IMG/VR virus record: IMGVR_UViG_2585427748_000016
Location: 1-11,147 of that record
DNA: 11,147 bases
Direction: 5' to 3' (one strand)
From: a virus
Taxonomy: Duplodnaviria; Heunggongvirae; Uroviricota; Caudoviricetes
Shown here: in pieces, positions 7,925 to 11,147 of the stretch
Layout of the letters: every line of letters starts with the position of its first letter
How positions within the stretch are numbered: position 1 is the stretch's first letter
Notes under the pieces: model-generated
The model's input: only the letters and a program-made list of their open reading frames with translations
Told to the model about the DNA's origin: nothing
The model's database searches: none
Position numbers and translations under genes: made by a program

Positions 7925-8351
7925 CGTGAGCCCTTTTTTTGAACTATTATTAAAAAATGATGTCACTGCGCGATAAATATTCATCTAATCAATGTGATTA
8001 TTTCAAGATGTAAGTTTTGGTTTCTCGTTTGATTTGTGAAGTAGATCTCTATTTTTATCTGAACTTTTTTCTATCGAATCCTATTCATGGCTCTTGGCTG
8101 AATAAAAATAAATCTGTTAGCCAATTTATATTAACGGCTGTTATTTATAAGTGCTCTATAATTTGAAGGTTCAATTTAAACCGGCTAAAAATAACACTGG
8201 AAATTATTTGTTGGTTATTTGTTGAGATTTTCTTATGTATTTGTAGTGGTGTTTTCAATACTCGGTAGCATTCTCGCAAATATCATTTAGTGGTTTACGT
8301 ACGTAAAAAATTGGTTATGCTGTTAAGAGTGGTTACTTCGTCACACAGCTT

Positions 8352-8380
8352 AAACCCGCCGTCGAGCGGGTTTTTCCATT
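8352..8380 (+). terminator. Intrinsic terminator-like hairpin upstream of the holin (tR'-like; the late promoter is probably just upstream)
   Basis: AAACCCGC-CGTCGA-GCGGGTTT stem-loop followed by TTCCATTTTTT, about 120 nt upstream of the holin start. Confidence 0.45.
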
Positions 8381-8496
8381 TTTTGAGTCTCGATATTAGC
8401 TGATAACCCAATACCTGAGTTATTCACTGACTCCGAGTCTGTTACGTTTCGTAGTATTCCCTCAATTTACACCCGCTTTGTCTGCGAGGTGGGGTT

Positions 8497-8712
8497 ATGA
8501 AATCCATGGATAAGTTAACAACGGGTGTCGCCTATGGCACCTCAGCAGGTAGTGCCGGGTACTGGTTTTTACAGCTGCTAGATAAAGTCACGCCCTCACA
8601 GTGGGCGGCAATTGGAGTGCTGGGTAGCCTGGTATTTGGCCTGCTGACGTACCTGACAAACCTTTATTTCAAGATTAAAGAAGATAAGCGCAAGGCTGCG
8701 AGAGGTGGATAA
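8497..8712 (+). CDS. S: Class II holin (phage 21 S-type pinholin) with dual-start motif
   Basis: 71 aa, [26 protein letters not shown]..., with Met1 and Met4 (holin/antiholin dual start), two TM segments and a charged C-terminus. GAGGTGG RBS. Confidence 0.85.
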
Positions 8713-9209
8713 TGCCTCCATCATTACGAAAAGCTGTTGCTGCTGCTATTGGTGGCGGGGCTATTGCTATAGCATCTGTATTAATCACTGGCCCAAGTGG
8801 TAACGATGGTCTGGAAGGTGTGAGACATAATCCTTACAAAGACATAGTTGGTGTATGGACTGTATGTCACGGGCATACAGGAAAAGACATCATTCCCGGT
8901 AAAACGTATACCGAAGCAGAGTGCAAAGCCCTCCTGAATAAAGACCTTGCCACTGTCGCCAGACAAATTAACCCGTACATCAAAGTCGATATACCGGAAA
9001 CAACGCGCGGCGCTCTTTACTCGTTCGTCTACAACGTGGGTGCTGGCAATTTCAGAACATCGACGCTTCTTCGCAAAATAAACCAGGGTGATATTAAAGG
9101 CGCATGTGATCAGCTACGTCGCTGGACATATGCTGGCGGTAAGCAATGGAAAGGTCTCATGACTCGTCGTGAGATTGAGCGTGAAATCTGTTTGTGGGGT
9201 CAGCAATGA
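8712..9209 (+). CDS. R: SAR endolysin (phage 21 R-type lysozyme)
   Basis: 165 aa. The start overlaps the holin stop (TAATG). Gly/Ala-rich N-terminal signal-anchor-release segment [20 protein letters not shown], followed by a T4-lysozyme-like catalytic region. Confidence 0.85.
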   Translation: MPPSLRKAVAAAIGGGAIAIASVLITGPSGNDGLEGVRHNPYKDIVGVWTVCHGHTGKDIIPGKTYTEAECKALLNKDLATVARQINPYIKVDIPETTRGALYSFVYNVGAGNFRTSTLLRKINQGDIKGACDQLRRWTYAGGKQWKGLMTRREIEREICLWGQQ

Positions 9210-9667
9210 ACAGAGTAACCGCGATTATCTCCGCTCTGGTTATCTGCATCATCGTCGGCCTGTCATGGGCTGTTAATCATTACCGTGATAACGCCATTAC
9301 CTACAAAGCCCAGCGCGACAAAAATGCCAGAGAACTGAAGCTGGCGAACGCGGCAATTACTGACATGCAGATGCGTCAGCGTGATGTTGCTGCGCTCGAT
9401 GCAAAATACACGAAGGAGTTAGCTGATGCGAAAGCTGAAAATGATGCTCTGCGTGATGATGTTGCCGCTGGTCGTCGTCGGTTGCACATCAAAGCAGTCT
9501 GTCAGTCAGTGCGTGAAGCCACCACCGCCTCCGGCGTGGATAATGCAGCCTCCCCCCGACTGGCAGACACCGCTGAACGGGATTATTTCACCCTCAGAGA
9601 GAGGCTGATTACTATGCAAAAACAACTGGAAGGAACCCAGAAGTATATTAATGAGCAGTGCAGATAG
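9206..9667 (+). CDS. Rz: Rz i-spanin
   Basis: 153 aa from [23 protein letters not shown] (N-terminal TM), then coiled-coil. ATGA overlap with the endolysin stop. Near-identical to lambda Rz as recalled. Confidence 0.85.
   Translation: MNRVTAIISALVICIIVGLSWAVNHYRDNAITYKAQRDKNARELKLANAAITDMQMRQRDVAALDAKYTKELADAKAENDALRDDVAAGRRRLHIKAVCQSVREATTASGVDNAASPRLADTAERDYFTLRERLITMQKQLEGTQKYINEQCR
9426..9608 (+). CDS. Rz1: Rz1 o-spanin lipoprotein, embedded in the +1 frame of Rz
   Basis: 60 aa, [20 protein letters not shown] with lipobox VVGC, then a proline-rich mature part [15 protein letters not shown]. Fully contained within Rz. Confidence 0.85.
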   Translation: MRKLKMMLCVMMLPLVVVGCTSKQSVSQCVKPPPPPAWIMQPPPDWQTPLNGIISPSERG

Positions 9668-9698
9668 AGCTGCCCATATCTATGGGCAACTCATGCAA

Positions 9699-9992
9699 TT
9701 ATTGTGAGCAATACACACGCGCTTCCAGCGGAGTATAAATGCCTAAAGTAATAAAACCGAGAAATCCATTTACGAATGTTTGCTGGGTTTCTGTTTTAAC
9801 AACATTTTCTGCGCCGCCACAAATTTTGGCTGCATCAACAGTTTTCTCCTGTCCAATTCCCGAAACGAAGAAATGATGGGTGATGGTTTCCTTTGGTGTT
9901 ACTGCTGTCGGTTTGTTTCCAACAGTAAACGTCTGTTGAGCACATCCTGTAATAAGCATTGCCAGAGCGGCAGAAAACAACATTTTTTTCAT
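9699..9992 (-). CDS. bor: Bor lipoprotein (serum-resistance, Iss-like)
   Basis: 97 aa from MKKMLFSAALAMLITGC, with lipobox LITGC. The track ORF 9699-10040 starts at an upstream in-frame Met. Confidence 0.85.
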   Translation of the reverse strand: MKKMLFSAALAMLITGCAQQTFTVGNKPTAVTPKETITHHFFVSGIGQEKTVDAAKICGGAENVVKTETQQTFVNGFLGFITLGIYTPLEARVYCSQ

Positions 9993-10108
9993 CTTATTAT
10001 CCTGCATTGTTAAAAACGGCAGAATCCTATGTGACAACAATTAAACGATAGTTAAATGGATTGATGAAAATTAAAACTATATAGGTGGATGCTCAGCCTA
10101 TTGGAGGA

Positions 10109-10117
10109 GGGGGGGGG
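10109..10117. repeat. Homopolymeric G9 tract in the intergenic region upstream of bor
   Basis: GGAGGAGGGGGGGGGCACTC; nine consecutive G at 10109-10117. Confidence 0.9.
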
Positions 10118-10354
10118 CACTCAGAATCCTGTGGAATGAAATAAACCGCTCTTTCTGTCCATTACCCTTTTAGCTGCGCTGTATCGTCGCCGTATTCCCG
10201 CATTAACCATGACCGTAGCCCGACGGGGAATTCCTTCTGCGTGAGTGTGCGGGAATAATCAAAAACGATGCACACCGGGTTTTACTGTGCTGACAGACGC
10301 AGGGTTACCCTCATAGTCGCTTTTCCGGTGCGATGGTGGAAGAAACCGGGATGT

Positions 10355-10549
10355 TTATTCATCATCACTCTGGATTGATGTATATGCTCTCTTTTCTGAC
10401 GTTAGTCTCCGACGGCAGGCTTCAATGACCCAGGCTGAGAAATTCCCGGACCCTTTTTGCTCAAGAGCGATGTTAATTTGTTCAATCATTTGGTTAGGAA
10501 AGCGGATGTTGCGGGTTGTTGTTCTGCGGGTTCTGTTCTTCGTTGACAT
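10355..10549 (-). CDS. Small basic protein, YlcI-like (DUF3950 family), adjacent to cos
   Basis: 64-aa ORF MSTKNRTRRTTTRNIRFPNQMIEQINIALEQKGSGNFSAWVIEACRRRL..., with an Arg-rich N-terminus and a ribbon-helix-helix-like segment. In DLP12 the position just before the nu1 homolog is occupied by ylcI, as recalled. Confidence 0.5.
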   Translation of the reverse strand: MSTKNRTRRTTTRNIRFPNQMIEQINIALEQKGSGNFSAWVIEACRRRLTSEKRAYTSIQSDDE

Positions 10550-10699
10550 GAGGTTGTCCCGTATTCAGTGTCGCTGATTTGTATTGTCTGAAGTTGTTTT
10601 TACGTTAAGTTGATGCAGATCAATTAATATGATACCTGCGTCATAATTGATTATTTGACGTGGTTTGATGGCCTCCACGCACGTTGTGATATGTAGATG

Positions 10700-10937
10700 A
10701 TAATCATTATCGCTTTACGGGTCCTTTCCGGTGATCCGACAGGTTACGGGGCGGCGACCTCGCGGGTTTTCGCTATTTATGAAAATTTTCCGGTTTAAGG
10801 CATTTCCGTTCTTCTTCGTCGTAACTTAATGTTTTTATTTAAAATACCCCCTGAAAAGAAAGGAAACGACAGGTGCTGAAAACGAGCTTTTGGGCCTCTG
10901 TCGTTTCCTTTCTCTGTTTTTGGCCGTGGAATGAACA
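10700..10937 (+). other. cos region: cosQ side, cosN with 12-nt cohesive end GGGCGGCGACCT (10749-10760), cosB
   Basis: The sequence ...GGTGATCCGACAGGTTACG|GGGCGGCGACCTCGCGGGTTTTCGCTATTTATGAAAATTTTCCGG... matches the lambda right-end/left-end junction as recalled. Confidence 0.9.
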
Positions 10938-11147
10938 ATGGAAGTCAACAAAAAGCAGCTGGCTGACATTTTCGGTGCGAGTATCCGTACCATTCAGAAC
11001 TGGCAGGAACAGGGAATGCCCGTTCTGCGAGGCGGTGGCAAGGGTAATGAGGTGCTTTATGATTCTGCCGCCGTCATAAAATGGTATGCCGAAAGGGATG
11101 CTGAAATTGAGAACGAAAAGCTGCGCCGGGAAGTTGAAGAACTGCGG
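10938..11147 (+). CDS. nu1: Terminase small subunit Nu1 (5' part; truncated by the window end)
   Basis: ATG at 10938, translating MEVNKKQLADIFGASIRTIQNWQEQGMPVLRGGGKGNEVLYDSAAVIKWYAERDAEIENEKLRREVEELR, matching the lambda Nu1 N-terminus. It has no stop within the window, so it is absent from the ORF track. Confidence 0.9.
   Translation, partial: MEVNKKQLADIFGASIRTIQNWQEQGMPVLRGGGKGNEVLYDSAAVIKWYAERDAEIENEKLRREVEELR

Larger units (their letters stand above)
1331..11147. mobile_element. Lambdoid prophage, left end at attL; continues beyond the window end
   Basis: attL core followed by int, xis, exo-xis genes, nin genes, Q-like gene, lysis cassette, bor, cos and nu1, in the order expected for an integrated lambda-type prophage. 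Confidence 0.9.

Noticed and set aside
8781-8966. Minus-strand ORF 8781-8966
   Set aside because: Antisense within the SAR endolysin.
9780-10013. Plus-strand ORF 9780-10013
   Set aside because: Antisense within bor.
10089-10139. 16-aa ORF (MLSLLEEGGGTQNPVE) running through the G9 tract
   Set aside because: Too short, and the upstream AGGTGG abuts the ATG with no spacer; treated as non-coding.
10873-11079. Plus-strand ORF 10873-11079
   Set aside because: Out of frame with nu1 and spanning the cosB/nu1 start; the nu1 frame from 10938 matches the lambda Nu1 N-terminus.
1-11147. CRISPR arrays, tRNA or rRNA genes, IS elements or transposases, toxin-antitoxin pairs
   Set aside because: No regularly spaced direct repeats, no tRNA-like structures in the intergenic regions examined, and no transposase-like ORF or terminal inverted repeats were seen. 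The breakpoint at 5307-5668 shows no IS remnant I can recognise.

Overview
This window is the left end of a lambdoid prophage integrated at the E. coli lambda attachment site, and the prophage appears defective. All calls rest on reading the sequence and on recalled protein families and motifs; no database search was run. The host gene ybhC (minus strand) is followed by an attL junction whose core GCTTTTTTATACTAA sits at 1331-1345, then by lambda-type int and xis. Next comes a mosaic exo-xis region: orf55, a signal-peptide protein with a DUF1311/LprI-like domain that looks like an inserted moron, an Ea22-like protein, a TraR/DksA-type zinc finger (orf73-like) and orf63. At about 5307-5668 this abuts directly onto nin-region genes (a ybcO-like 3' remnant, rusA, ylcG-like, a Q-like antiterminator). 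No exo/bet/gam, N, cI/cro, cII or O/P genes are present between them. Downstream lie a convergent OmpC-family porin (nmpC-like) flanked by hairpin terminators, a phage-21-type lysis cassette (dual-start pinholin, SAR endolysin, Rz with embedded Rz1), bor, a YlcI-like small protein, the cos site and the 5' part of nu1. The most interesting candidate is the secreted DUF1311-like moron at 3129-3827, which has its own putative promoter and terminator.
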